Shown: in pieces, positions 26,471-35,846 of the stretch
How positions within the stretch are numbered: the stretch's first letter is position 1
Layout: each line of letters opens with the position of its first letter
Source: an uncultured bacterium
GTDB taxonomy: Bacteria > Bacillota_I > Bacilli_A > RFN20 > CAG-826
NCBI GenBank assembly: GCA_949292105.1
Contig: CASEYK010000007.1
Coordinates: forward strand, 29,588 to 93,587
Length of the DNA stretch: 64,000 nucleotides
Reading direction: 5' to 3'
Notes under the pieces: model-generated
What the model saw: the letters and a program-made list of their open reading frames with translations, nothing else
The model's database searches: none
What the model was told of the DNA's origin: nothing
Translations under genes and position numbers: made by a program

Positions 26471-27335
26471 GACTCTAATTTATCCTTTTTCAAGTAAAAA
26501 AGAATTTTCCATTTGGATTATTCTTTTTCTCGTGAGCTGCGCATTTATGTTTAGAATTATTGGTATTCTCTATCCAGTGGTTTCAAGCATTTTTGTCGAA
26601 TTATATATTTTCTTGCCAACTATTTTCGTTTTGATTGTTCCGTTTATTTTATTTGTGACAATGTATTTTAAAAATTATTCGCACAATATTGTTAAGACTG
26701 CTCACAAAATAGCTTTGTTTTTAATTGTTGGTGGTGCTTGTTCCTTTATTTATCATTTTATTCTCGTACTTTGTGTGCCTAACCTTTATCAGATTAATTC
26801 TAGCATTACTATTCTTTTTCCATACGATATTTTTATTTATCAAATTGTTTATGTTGTCGGTGGTGTGTTGCTCTATAAATTCGCTTCTAGTTTGGTACAA
26901 CCAAAACCAGAGAACAAACTCACCCATTGGAAACAATTTCTCTTTATTCTTTCATCGTTTGTCATCGTCTTTTTTACCTCTTATCTTTCATCGATTTTTA
27001 TCTCTTTTGAAATCGCAAATAATATCAATTGTTTACCTTTTTATTTAGCAACTTTATTGCCTTTGTCTTATGGTGTTGTTTTTCAAATTCGACAAGTGAA
27101 AAGTCACCGACAATTTGGGCTTGCTCTTTTAATTGTTGGCGGACTCAATCTTATCATTTATGGATGGATTATTGCTGTTTTATCAATCAATCCATATTTT
27201 ATTTATGAATCATTAAGAAGCGTATTTAGAACCGGAGTCGTATTAGGAATACCAACCGATTTTTTCTGTTTGACGCTTTTTGTCTTTACCTTTTTGATTG
27301 TCTATATAATCAAATTTTTCCGTTTCAAACAATAA
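26463..27335 (+). CDS. Polytopic integral membrane protein of unknown function
   Basis: About 290 aa, almost entirely hydrophobic helices (about 8). ATG 26463 overlaps the upstream stop by 8 nt. No motif recognised. Confidence 0.6.
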   Translation: MNKTLIYPFSSKKEFSIWIILFLVSCAFMFRIIGILYPVVSSIFVELYIFLPTIFVLIVPFILFVTMYFKNYSHNIVKTAHKIALFLIVGGACSFIYHFILVLCVPNLYQINSSITILFPYDIFIYQIVYVVGGVLLYKFASSLVQPKPENKLTHWKQFLFILSSFVIVFFTSYLSSIFISFEIANNINCLPFYLATLLPLSYGVVFQIRQVKSHRQFGLALLIVGGLNLIIYGWIIAVLSINPYFIYESLRSVFRTGVVLGIPTDFFCLTLFVFTFLIVYIIKFFRFKQ

Positions 27336-27356
27336 ACTTATTGTCGTTTTGCGTTC

Positions 27357-27385
27357 TTGAAAAGTTGCTAATAGATACTTATCAT
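27357..27385 (+). promoter_or_regulatory. Sigma-A-type promoter placed for a leaderless transcript of the ABC exporter operon
   Basis: TTGAAA (27357-27362), a 17-nt spacer, then TATCAT (27380-27385). ATG 27393 lies 7 nt downstream, with no SD. Confidence 0.5.
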
Positions 27386-27392
27386 ATTTTAT

Positions 27393-28100
27393 ATGAAACA
27401 AGTAATTATTAGCCATTTATCCAAAATTTATAATCAGCATCAACTCAATGAAGTCAGGGCTATTGACGATATTTCTTTTGAAGTTGATAAAGGTGAATTT
27501 ATCGTTATTTTAGGTGCATCTGGAGCCGGAAAAACTACTCTTTTAAATCTTTTGGGCGGTATGGATAATGCCACTTCGGGTTTATATCAAATTGAAGATA
27601 TCAAAGTGACTGAACTCAAAGACAAACAATTGACTAAATTTCGAAGAGATCAAATCGGTTTTGTTTTTCAATTCTATAACCTGATGCCTAATTTAACAGC
27701 TTATGAAAATATTTTAATTGCTGAAGCTGTGAGCACTGGCAAACAAGATAATTCTTTAGCGGTGCTCGAGGCTGTTGATTTGAAAAATCGAATGAACAAT
27801 TTTCCTTCCGAATTGAGTGGCGGTGAACAGCAAAGAATTGCTATTGCGAGAGCAATTGTTAAAAAACCTAAATTGCTTTTATGTGATGAACCAACTGGCG
27901 CTTTAGATTCAAAAACTGGCGTTTCTATTATCAAACTATTAAAACAAATTAATAAAGAAAATCAAACGACTGTAATCATCGTTACGCACAATGCAAAAAT
28001 TGCGCTGATTGCGGATCGCGTTATTCATATTCAAGATGGAAAGATTGTAAAGGACGAGAAGAACGAACATGTGCTCGATCCTGGTGAGATAGAATGGTAA
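27393..28100 (+). CDS. ABC transporter ATP-binding protein (MacB/LolD-type)
   Basis: Walker A GASGAGKTT, signature LSGGEQQR, Walker B LLLCDEPTGALD. Confidence 0.9.
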   Translation: MKQVIISHLSKIYNQHQLNEVRAIDDISFEVDKGEFIVILGASGAGKTTLLNLLGGMDNATSGLYQIEDIKVTELKDKQLTKFRRDQIGFVFQFYNLMPNLTAYENILIAEAVSTGKQDNSLAVLEAVDLKNRMNNFPSELSGGEQQRIAIARAIVKKPKLLLCDEPTGALDSKTGVSIIKLLKQINKENQTTVIIVTHNAKIALIADRVIHIQDGKIVKDEKNEHVLDPGEIEW

Positions 28101-30535
28101 GTGTACCTCGCTTGATGTTTCGAAAAATAGTTCGAAGCGCGAAAAATAATTGGGGACAGTTTTTGGCGATTGTTGGCATTGCTACACTCGCTGTTACTTT
28201 ATTTTTGGGCTTAAGTGCAAACGCATACTCTTTCGATGAGAGAGTCGACCGCTTTTATGAACAAGGCAATGTCAGCGACATTTGGATTACAGTTGATTCC
28301 ACAAACGATGATGACCGCGAACAAATTAAAACATATGTCGATGAAGTAGGCGGAGAAATTGATGAAAGAGGATATTTTCCAGCACTGTTTGATAATCGCG
28401 ATTCTTTTGCTGTCATTGCTCCAGATTATCCAACGATTTGTAAACCGATTATTGTTGATGGAGAAGTTGATGTAGAAGACGAGAATGCTAATTATTTAAT
28501 CTATGATTATTCGTTAGCGGATGTCGAGGCGTTTAATGAAAAAATAAATATCGGTGACACTGTTTCTATCGGTATACCTGTTTCCATTGTTCCTGAAGCG
28601 TTTCAAACATTCTTTCCCGCTGGTCAAGAAATTATTTCACTCGATTTTGTTACAACGACCACAATGCGGTTCAATGAAAACATTGAAAATGGTAGTTATT
28701 CTGCCCCATGTTTTATTATTTCTGAATCATATCTTAAACAAGGAATTATCGAGTATTTTAATAATCTTGAAGGTTTCATGTTTCAAGATTATGTCGCTCA
28801 TGTTGTCAATAGTCTTACTTTTACAAATCAATACTTGATTACTGTCAACAATCAAAAAAATGTTGATACGCTAGAAAAGAGAATAGAGAACTATTTTTAT
28901 TCTAAAGAAGAGACCGATACTAATAATCTTTTGTCTTTATATACATTGGATGAAATGTCGTTTAATGCCATTATTCAGTCTGATATCGACCAAGCAACGC
29001 AGTTGACCTATGTCTTCCCGTTTTTCTTTTTCTTTGTGGCAATTTTAGTTATTTTAACAACAATCTCGCAGTTGATTATTAAAGAAAGAACAGAAATTGG
29101 TACTTTAAAAGCCATTGGTCTTTCATCGAAAACAATATTTGCATCTTATCTCGTGCTTATGCTTTCACTCGTTGGCATCGGTTTTATCGCTGGTGCCATT
29201 ATAGGGCCTTTGCTTATTCCCTACATAATGAATATTAAATATAGCATTTTATATACATTACCAAAAATGTCTTATATTTTTCCTTGGTTATATTTTGGCA
29301 TTACTCTCATAGTTTTTACTGTTTTGACTACTTTGGTTATTTTCTTGGCTTGTCATAATGAACTCAAACTATCCCCTGCCTCTTCAATGCGACCAGCCAA
29401 ATATAAAGCATTAAAAACTAGAAAAGCCAATACAAATCCTAAAAAAGCTCCCCATTTTCTTTCGCTTCGTATGGCAATTAGAAATATACGGCTTAATTAT
29501 GTTAAATCATTTATGGTTGTGTTTGGAATTATGGGTTGTACAGCTTTACTTGTCTGTGGTTTTGGGATAGATGATACTATCGATCACAGCATCAATCACA
29601 CGATGGAGAACTTTTATTCATCTGATATCACGCTCACTTACACTAAAGATTGTGCACCCATTAAATCAGAATTGCTTGAATACGAAGGAGTGGAGAGCGT
29701 TGAAGAAATGCGCATCGCTTCTATTACCCTTACTGCTAAAAAGAGTGTCGATACAAAGATTTATGTTGTTGAAGGCGAACACCCATTTAATCATATTAAT
29801 TTTGATGTAAATACAATCGCGGTGTCGCAAAAAGTGTCGCAAGATGCAGGAGTGAAAGTAGGTGATATAATTACTTTCTCTTTGCTCGGTACTAAATATC
29901 AAGGCACAGTTGGAATAATTTATAAAACATTCTTAAGACATGGTATTTATGTAAATGCTGATAACGAACAATATGCTTCGCTTTACAGCGTGGTCAATAC
30001 TGGATTAGTTAATGTCGCGCCTGGATACGATAGTGAAATAGTGGCGGAAAATATTAAAAATGATATTTCAGAGGTTGGTGCAGCTACAACTAAAGAATCG
30101 ACGCTTGAATATGTTAATGATGTTGTTTCATCTGTTTCTTATATGACTTTAACTGTCAAGGTGTTTGCTATCCTTCTCGCCGTCGTTGTTTTATACAATT
30201 TAGCTTATTTGAACTTTAAAGAGAGAATTCGCTTGATGGCGACCCTCAAGGTCTTAGGTTTTTCTAATTTTGATATTGCTAAATCGCTTGTTTATGAAAC
30301 CATGATTTTAGTCTTTTTTGGATCTTTAATCGGTTTGGCGTTAGGTTTCCCAGTTGAATATTTGGTGCTATACATCAACCGCAATTCAATCGTAGAATTT
30401 TTGTACACAGTCACCCCATTGACTTATATTGTTAGTTTCGTTATCTCATTTGTGACGGGTTTAATCATTAATATTTTGCTCTCTCTTTATATTAAAAATG
30501 TCAAAATGGTTGAGTCTTTGAAAAGCATTGAGTAA
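28094..30535 (+). CDS. ABC transporter permease with two FtsX-type domains (MacB-like)
   Basis: 813 aa. Two 4-TM FtsX modules, each preceded by a large extracytoplasmic domain. 7-nt overlap with the ATPase gene. Confidence 0.85.
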   Translation: MVSVPRLMFRKIVRSAKNNWGQFLAIVGIATLAVTLFLGLSANAYSFDERVDRFYEQGNVSDIWITVDSTNDDDREQIKTYVDEVGGEIDERGYFPALFDNRDSFAVIAPDYPTICKPIIVDGEVDVEDENANYLIYDYSLADVEAFNEKINIGDTVSIGIPVSIVPEAFQTFFPAGQEIISLDFVTTTTMRFNENIENGSYSAPCFIISESYLKQGIIEYFNNLEGFMFQDYVAHVVNSLTFTNQYLITVNNQKNVDTLEKRIENYFYSKEETDTNNLLSLYTLDEMSFNAIIQSDIDQATQLTYVFPFFFFFVAILVILTTISQLIIKERTEIGTLKAIGLSSKTIFASYLVLMLSLVGIGFIAGAIIGPLLIPYIMNIKYSILYTLPKMSYIFPWLYFGITLIVFTVLTTLVIFLACHNELKLSPASSMRPAKYKALKTRKANTNPKKAPHFLSLRMAIRNIRLNYVKSFMVVFGIMGCTALLVCGFGIDDTIDHSINHTMENFYSSDITLTYTKDCAPIKSELLEYEGVESVEEMRIASITLTAKKSVDTKIYVVEGEHPFNHINFDVNTIAVSQKVSQDAGVKVGDIITFSLLGTKYQGTVGIIYKTFLRHGIYVNADNEQYASLYSVVNTGLVNVAPGYDSEIVAENIKNDISEVGAATTKESTLEYVNDVVSSVSYMTLTVKVFAILLAVVVLYNLAYLNFKERIRLMATLKVLGFSNFDIAKSLVYETMILVFFGSLIGLALGFPVEYLVLYINRNSIVEFLYTVTPLTYIVSFVISFVTGLIINILLSLYIKNVKMVESLKSIE

Positions 30536-30540
30536 TTGTT

Positions 30541-31458
30541 ATGAATAAAAATCATGTGCGAATGAAAAAAGTGAATAAAAATCACCCAAAAGGTAAGGAT
30601 TTTATTGTGAAACAAAAAGATGAGTTGCTCTCTTTTTTGTTTTCTTGTTTTCCATCGCAATCTCGCAATTCTGTTAAATCGCTTCTCTCTTCGCGCTGTG
30701 TCAGCGTCAACGGTGCGATGATTACGCAGTTTAATTTTCCTCTTTATCCTAAAGATGTCGTTTCTATTTCTTCTCCTAAAACGAATAAAAGAAGTGAAAA
30801 GTTGCCATTTGATATTATTTATGAAGATGGCGATTTGATCGCTATTAATAAGCCGACTAGATTGTTGACTATTGCTACAGAAAAAGAAAAATGTGCAACT
30901 GTTTATCGCTATTTAACTGATTATGTTCAAAAGCAAGATAAACATAATCGCGTTTTTATCGTTCATCGTCTAGATGAAGATACAAGCGGAGTTATGATTG
31001 TTGTAAAAAGTGCTAAACTTAAGGAACTTTTTACTTCTCATTGGAATGAATTGGTGAAAAAAAGAGGATATTACGCCGTTGTTGACGGAGTGATGAAAGA
31101 AAAAGAGGGAACTTACCGCTCTTTTCTAAAGAAAAATATCCAGACGATGATGTATTCTTCTAAAGGCGAAGATGGGCAATTAGCTATTACACATTTTAAA
31201 ACCATAAAAGAAAATGATAAATATTCCTTGCTTGAAGTAGAAATTGATACAGGTCGAAAAAATCAAATTCGCGTTCATTTATTTGAACATCATCATCCTG
31301 TTATAGGTGACGACAAATATGGTGAACCTACCAATCCGATTGGACGCTTAGGTTTACATGCTTTTGTTTTAGAGATTAAACATCCAATCAGTGGCAAGGT
31401 GATGAAATTTACTTCTCCGATGCCAAAAGAATTTTTATCCTTATTTAAAAACAAATAA
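30541..31458 (+). CDS. RluA-family 23S rRNA pseudouridine synthase with an S4-like N-domain
   Basis: Catalytic motif HRLDEDTSG and the GRKNQIRVH block. Confidence 0.85.
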   Translation: MNKNHVRMKKVNKNHPKGKDFIVKQKDELLSFLFSCFPSQSRNSVKSLLSSRCVSVNGAMITQFNFPLYPKDVVSISSPKTNKRSEKLPFDIIYEDGDLIAINKPTRLLTIATEKEKCATVYRYLTDYVQKQDKHNRVFIVHRLDEDTSGVMIVVKSAKLKELFTSHWNELVKKRGYYAVVDGVMKEKEGTYRSFLKKNIQTMMYSSKGEDGQLAITHFKTIKENDKYSLLEVEIDTGRKNQIRVHLFEHHHPVIGDDKYGEPTNPIGRLGLHAFVLEIKHPISGKVMKFTSPMPKEFLSLFKNK

Positions 31459-31496
31459 TTATATCCAAATGCCTTCATTTTTCATATAATGAAAGC

Positions 31497-33032
31497 ATGA
31501 AGAATCGAATCCTTAATTCTTTATATACCAGTTCAATGTCTATCCTTCCTGTGGTAGTCATTATTTTTATTCTTTCATGGGTAGGACTTAGCCCTTTGAA
31601 AGTCAATGATTATTGGCTCCTTCTTATTGGGACGGTCGTTTTGATTATTGGTCTAGCTCTCTTCCAAATTGGAGCGTCCAGTGGGCTAACAAAAGTGGGA
31701 GAATATATGGGTTCTTCTCTTTCGAAACAATCAAATGTTTGGATTATTATTTTATTCGCTTTTATCTTAGGAACATTAATTACTTGTGCAGAACCTTCAA
31801 TTATGATTGTTTCAACTCAGGTTTCAATACCGAAGTGGATATTGGTTGGAGCAATTGCAGTGGGGGTTGGTATCTTTGTTGCTCTCGGAGTGGTAAGAAT
31901 ATTGCTCCATCGATCTTTAAAAGTGTGGTATTTATTTTTATACGCCATCGTTTTTATGCTTTTGTGTTTGATTGAAAACGGTCAGTTCTTGCCATTTATC
32001 TTTGATGCAGGCGGAATTACTACCGGCAGTGCCACTGTGCCATTTATCCTTGCTCTTGGTGCTGGAGTTGCAACGGTTAGAGGCGGAAAAAATGCGACTA
32101 AGGATTCGTTTGGTTTGGTCGGTATTGCTTCTATTGGACCCATTTTAACTATGACTTTGTTAATTGTTTTTTATCAAAGCGGTTTTCAAGATTATGTCTA
32201 TAATTCTCCAGTGATGAATAACCAAGATGTTTTTGGCCAATTCGTCAAAGCTTTATTCCCATCCAGTTCGACCTCTTTTGGATCGCTGATTGAAGTCGCG
32301 ATGGCACTCGCTCCAATTCTTATCGTCTTTTTTATCTATAACGCTCTTTATATTCGTCTTCCAAAAGGTAAAATTTTTAAACTTTTAGTTGGTTTTTTAT
32401 ATTCTTATATCGGTTTAGTTTTATTTTTGACGGCTGTCTCTGCTGTGATGAATCCTATGGGCACCTACATTGGCGAACAGCTCGCTTTACAGCCCACATT
32501 CGTTATTATTCTTATTTGTTTAATTTTAGGTTTAGTGACTATTCTTTGTGAACCAGCGGTTCATGTTTTAACCGGCCAAATTGAAGCTATTTCCGAAGGA
32601 AGAATTAAAAAGGTTACAGTTTTATTAGTCTTATCTGTCGGAGTTGGTTTAGCTATTATGCTTGCAGGAATAAGAGCGATATATGGCTTTTCCATCATGT
32701 ATTACATCGTTCCGGGATATGCGTTATCTTTGGCCCTAATGTTTGTCTGTAATGATACTTATACCGCCATCGCGTTCGATAGCGGTGGAACTGCTTCTGG
32801 GCCTATGTCTGTTTCATTTATTTTACCGATGATTATTGGATTGACTGTGGGATTAGGAAATGGCGATCGAATCTATGAATTAGCCTTTGGCGTCATTGGA
32901 TTGATTGCTATGACCCCAGTTATTGGTATTCAACTGTTAGGTGTATATGAAAAGGCCAAAGCTTACCGCAGTTTGCTCTTTATGCGTGCACATAAGTACG
33001 AAGAAGACGATGCACAGATTATTCATTTTTAA
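31497..33032 (+). CDS. DUF1538-like polytopic membrane protein with internal two-fold repeat (putative transporter)
   Basis: 511 aa. The two halves share LGTLITCAEPS/LGLVTILCEPA, FDAGGITTGSATVPFILALG/FDSGGTASGPMSVSFILPMI and FGLVGIASIGPIL/FGVIGLIAMTPVI. Confidence 0.7.
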   Translation: MKNRILNSLYTSSMSILPVVVIIFILSWVGLSPLKVNDYWLLLIGTVVLIIGLALFQIGASSGLTKVGEYMGSSLSKQSNVWIIILFAFILGTLITCAEPSIMIVSTQVSIPKWILVGAIAVGVGIFVALGVVRILLHRSLKVWYLFLYAIVFMLLCLIENGQFLPFIFDAGGITTGSATVPFILALGAGVATVRGGKNATKDSFGLVGIASIGPILTMTLLIVFYQSGFQDYVYNSPVMNNQDVFGQFVKALFPSSSTSFGSLIEVAMALAPILIVFFIYNALYIRLPKGKIFKLLVGFLYSYIGLVLFLTAVSAVMNPMGTYIGEQLALQPTFVIILICLILGLVTILCEPAVHVLTGQIEAISEGRIKKVTVLLVLSVGVGLAIMLAGIRAIYGFSIMYYIVPGYALSLALMFVCNDTYTAIAFDSGGTASGPMSVSFILPMIIGLTVGLGNGDRIYELAFGVIGLIAMTPVIGIQLLGVYEKAKAYRSLLFMRAHKYEEDDAQIIHF

Positions 33033-33047
33033 AAGGAGGTTTTATTT

Positions 33048-33440
33048 ATGCCAAGAATTTTAAATAAGAATAAAAAGAATGTAAAACCTGCCTTTGAACA
33101 ATCACAAGATTTAAAAAAGATTGCGATGTATGTGACCATTGTTAACCGCGGTCAAGGCGAAGCGGTCGTTAAACTGTTTCAAACTCTTAAAACTAGTTTG
33201 CAGTTTATTCAAGTCGGGCAAGGAACCGCCACAAAACAAGTTTATGATATTCTTGGAATGGAAGATAACGCCAAAGAAATTATTGTTTCATTAGTACCTG
33301 TGGATAGGCTTCCTTTTGTAAGAATTGAACTTGAAGCATTTTTTGCTGCGAATCGAAACAATAAAGGTATTGGTTTTGCCATCCCGTTAACTAGCATTAT
33401 TGGTGTTTCTATTTATAAATTTATTACGAATACGATATAA
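33048..33440 (+). CDS. Divergent PII-like protein (paralogue of the next gene) with an N-terminal basic extension
   Basis: Strong AAGGAGG RBS. Shares the loop motif GQGTATKQ (versus RGTATKE) and KEIIVSLV (versus KELVLILV) with the next ORF. Confidence 0.55.
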   Translation: MPRILNKNKKNVKPAFEQSQDLKKIAMYVTIVNRGQGEAVVKLFQTLKTSLQFIQVGQGTATKQVYDILGMEDNAKEIIVSLVPVDRLPFVRIELEAFFAANRNNKGIGFAIPLTSIIGVSIYKFITNTI

Positions 33441-33459
33441 CAAAGGAGAATGATGCGCT

Positions 33460-33774
33460 ATGAAAAATGATTACGAATTAATATTAGTTCTTGTCAATTC
33501 AGGATTTACTGATGTTGTTATGGACGCTGCTCGAGCCGAAGGCGCTAGAGGCGGAACCATTTTGCGAGCTAGAGGTACAGCCACCAAAGAAATGCAAAAT
33601 AAATATGGCATTATCATTACTCCAGATAAAGAATTGGTTCTTATCTTAGTATCGACAGAAATTAAAGATAATGTTTTAAGTGCTGTCTATAAAGCGGCTG
33701 GTTTACAAACGGATGGTCAAGGCATTGCTTTTTCACTGCCAGTTACTGATGTTGTGGGATTAAAATTTGAATAA
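33460..33774 (+). CDS. PII-family signal-transduction-like protein
   Basis: 104 aa. The pattern ELILVLVNSGFTDVVMDAARAEGARGGTILRARGT...GIAFSLPV fits the beta-alpha-beta-beta-alpha-beta PII size and fold. Confidence 0.7.
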   Translation: MKNDYELILVLVNSGFTDVVMDAARAEGARGGTILRARGTATKEMQNKYGIIITPDKELVLILVSTEIKDNVLSAVYKAAGLQTDGQGIAFSLPVTDVVGLKFE

Positions 33775-33843
33775 AAAAAACAGGGAATTGCAGTAAATAT
33801 CCTTTTTTGAAGACATTTTATAAGATAATAATAAACTAAATTT

Positions 33844-35673
33844 TTATTCTTCTTCGCTTCTTTTTTGATGGGCGTCAAATTTTTTTCTCTCGCTCGTATT
33901 TAAAATGAGTTTTCGCATACGATATGTTTTTGGTGTTATTTCAACTAATTCATCTAAATTGATGTAATCGAGGCAAGCCTCTAAACTCATTTTACGAGGC
34001 GTTTTCAAAACAACAGTATTATCTTTGGTGGAACTGCGAACATTTGTTAAATTTTTCTTTGTCACAACATTGACGGCTAAGTCGATATCATAGCGGTTTT
34101 CGCCAACAATCATTCCTTCGTACACATCGACTCCTGGTTCGATAAAAAGCGTACCTCTCTCTTCGACATGTTCGATGGCGTATGGGGTGGCAACTCCTGT
34201 TTCAGTAGCAACTAGCACACCCAATTGCCTTTCACCTAGCTCAAGTTTTTTATAAGGTCGGTATTCTCTAAAAGTGTGAGATATAATCCCATACCCTTTA
34301 GTTAAAGTGAGAAAATTATTAGTAAAACTAATTAATCCTCGAGAAGGGATGATGTAGTCGAGTCTCGTTGTTGCATCTTGTGCGTCCATATTGACAAGTT
34401 CAGCTTGCCGGCTGCCGATACTAGTCATGACATCTCCAACAAATTCATTTGGAACATCAATCATCAAATCTTCGTACGGCTCGCATTTAACGCCGTCTAG
34501 TTCTTTGATGATAACTCGTGGTTTGGATACTTGTAATTCAAAACCTTCGCGTCTCATATTTTCAATTAAAATAGAAAGATGTAATTCACCGCGCCCTGAA
34601 ACAATCCAAGACTCACTATTAAGAACTCTTTCAACTCTCAAAGCTACATCTTTTTGTGCTTCTCTAAACAATCTTTCTTCAATTTTTCTTGCGGTAAGCA
34701 ACTTGCCATCTCGACCAGAAAAAGGCGAAGAATTGACACCGAAAGTCATTTGTAAAGTCGGTTCATCTAGTTTAATCTTAGGAAGTGGTTCTGGGTTGTT
34801 TATATCGCATATTGTCTCGCCGACATTAATATCGCTTAATCCAGCAACCGCTACGATATCGCCAGCATGAGCTTGTTCAATTTCTACTCTTTTGATACCT
34901 TGGAATCCAAATAATTTTAAAACACGGAAAGTTTTGATTGTTCCGTCGTTACGAACAACGCTGACATTATCGTTAACTTTGATTGTTCCTCGATGAATAG
35001 TTCCAATGCCAATTCTTCCAACAAAGTCGTTGTAGTCGAGCAAAGCAATTTGGAGTTGAAGCGGTCCATTTTGAATAACTCTTGGCTCCGGTATTTCTTT
35101 AATGATTGTTTGAAATAAAACATCCATGCCAGGTTTTTGGGTTTTGATATCTGGGTCAAGAGAACTCGTTCCTTTGACTGCCGAGGTATAAACAACTTTA
35201 AAATCTAAAAGTTCATCAGGAGCGCCTAATTCAATAAATAAAGACAAAACATCATCAAGTGTTTTTTGGATATTGATATTTGGCCGATCTATTTTATTAA
35301 TAACAACAATTGGTTTAATGTTTGCTTGTAGAGCCTTTTTTAGCACAAATCGCGTTTGTGGCATTGTGCCTTCAAATGCATCAACGAGCAGAAGCACCCC
35401 ATCAACCATGTTCATAATACGCTCAACTTCACCGCCAAAATCAGCATGTCCAGGAGTATCTAAAATATTTATTTTATAGTCTTGATAATGAATCGAAGTT
35501 GTTTTAGCTAAAATTGTGATGCCTCTTTCTCTTTCAATATCATTGCTATCCATAACTCTTTCATTAACATCTTCATTGGAACGAAAAATTCCTGAACATT
35601 TGAGTAACTGATCAATTAATGTTGTTTTGCCGTGATCGACATGAGCGATGATTGCGATGTTTCTTGTTTTCAT
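33844..35673 (-). CDS. typA: Translational GTPase TypA/BipA
   Basis: G1 AHVDHGKTTL and G3 DTPGHADF; 609 aa. Confidence 0.95.
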   Translation of the reverse strand: MKTRNIAIIAHVDHGKTTLIDQLLKCSGIFRSNEDVNERVMDSNDIERERGITILAKTTSIHYQDYKINILDTPGHADFGGEVERIMNMVDGVLLLVDAFEGTMPQTRFVLKKALQANIKPIVVINKIDRPNINIQKTLDDVLSLFIELGAPDELLDFKVVYTSAVKGTSSLDPDIKTQKPGMDVLFQTIIKEIPEPRVIQNGPLQLQIALLDYNDFVGRIGIGTIHRGTIKVNDNVSVVRNDGTIKTFRVLKLFGFQGIKRVEIEQAHAGDIVAVAGLSDINVGETICDINNPEPLPKIKLDEPTLQMTFGVNSSPFSGRDGKLLTARKIEERLFREAQKDVALRVERVLNSESWIVSGRGELHLSILIENMRREGFELQVSKPRVIIKELDGVKCEPYEDLMIDVPNEFVGDVMTSIGSRQAELVNMDAQDATTRLDYIIPSRGLISFTNNFLTLTKGYGIISHTFREYRPYKKLELGERQLGVLVATETGVATPYAIEHVEERGTLFIEPGVDVYEGMIVGENRYDIDLAVNVVTKKNLTNVRSSTKDNTVVLKTPRKMSLEACLDYINLDELVEITPKTYRMRKLILNTSERKKFDAHQKRSEEE

Positions 35674-35846
35674 TTTTTACTTCCGATCTTTTCTATATTA
35701 GAAAAGTCACTTGCTGATATCAAGAAAAAAATGTGATTTTTTTGTCTCAAAATCATCGCGTTTGTTGTCTATAATCTTTGAAGTATTTAATATTTTGTTT
35801 TTAATTGTTAAAATAAAAACACCTGTTATTAAGGACTTATATCAGA

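Noticed and set aside
33775-33843. Terminator between the convergent PII-like gene and typA
   Set aside because: Only a 3-4 bp G/C pairing (AGG...CCT) next to the A/T runs could be drawn. That is not convincing.
34391-34870. 159-aa ORF antisense to typA, plus many other nested or antisense track ORFs (for example 2289-2483, 10166-10465, 26725-27048, 31613-31975, 38101-38478, 56655-57062, 60358-60597)
   Set aside because: Each lies wholly inside a longer ORF that has clear family motifs. They have low-complexity or skewed composition and no RBS. They are typical shadow ORFs of AT-rich DNA.
35688-35706. Inverted repeat CTTTTCTA-TAT-TAGAAAAG in the typA leader, and TGATTTT-N8-AAAATCA at 35734-35755
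   Set aside because: Both are AT-rich and short. There is no T-run (so not terminators) and no recognisable regulator motif. They are noted as possible structure only.
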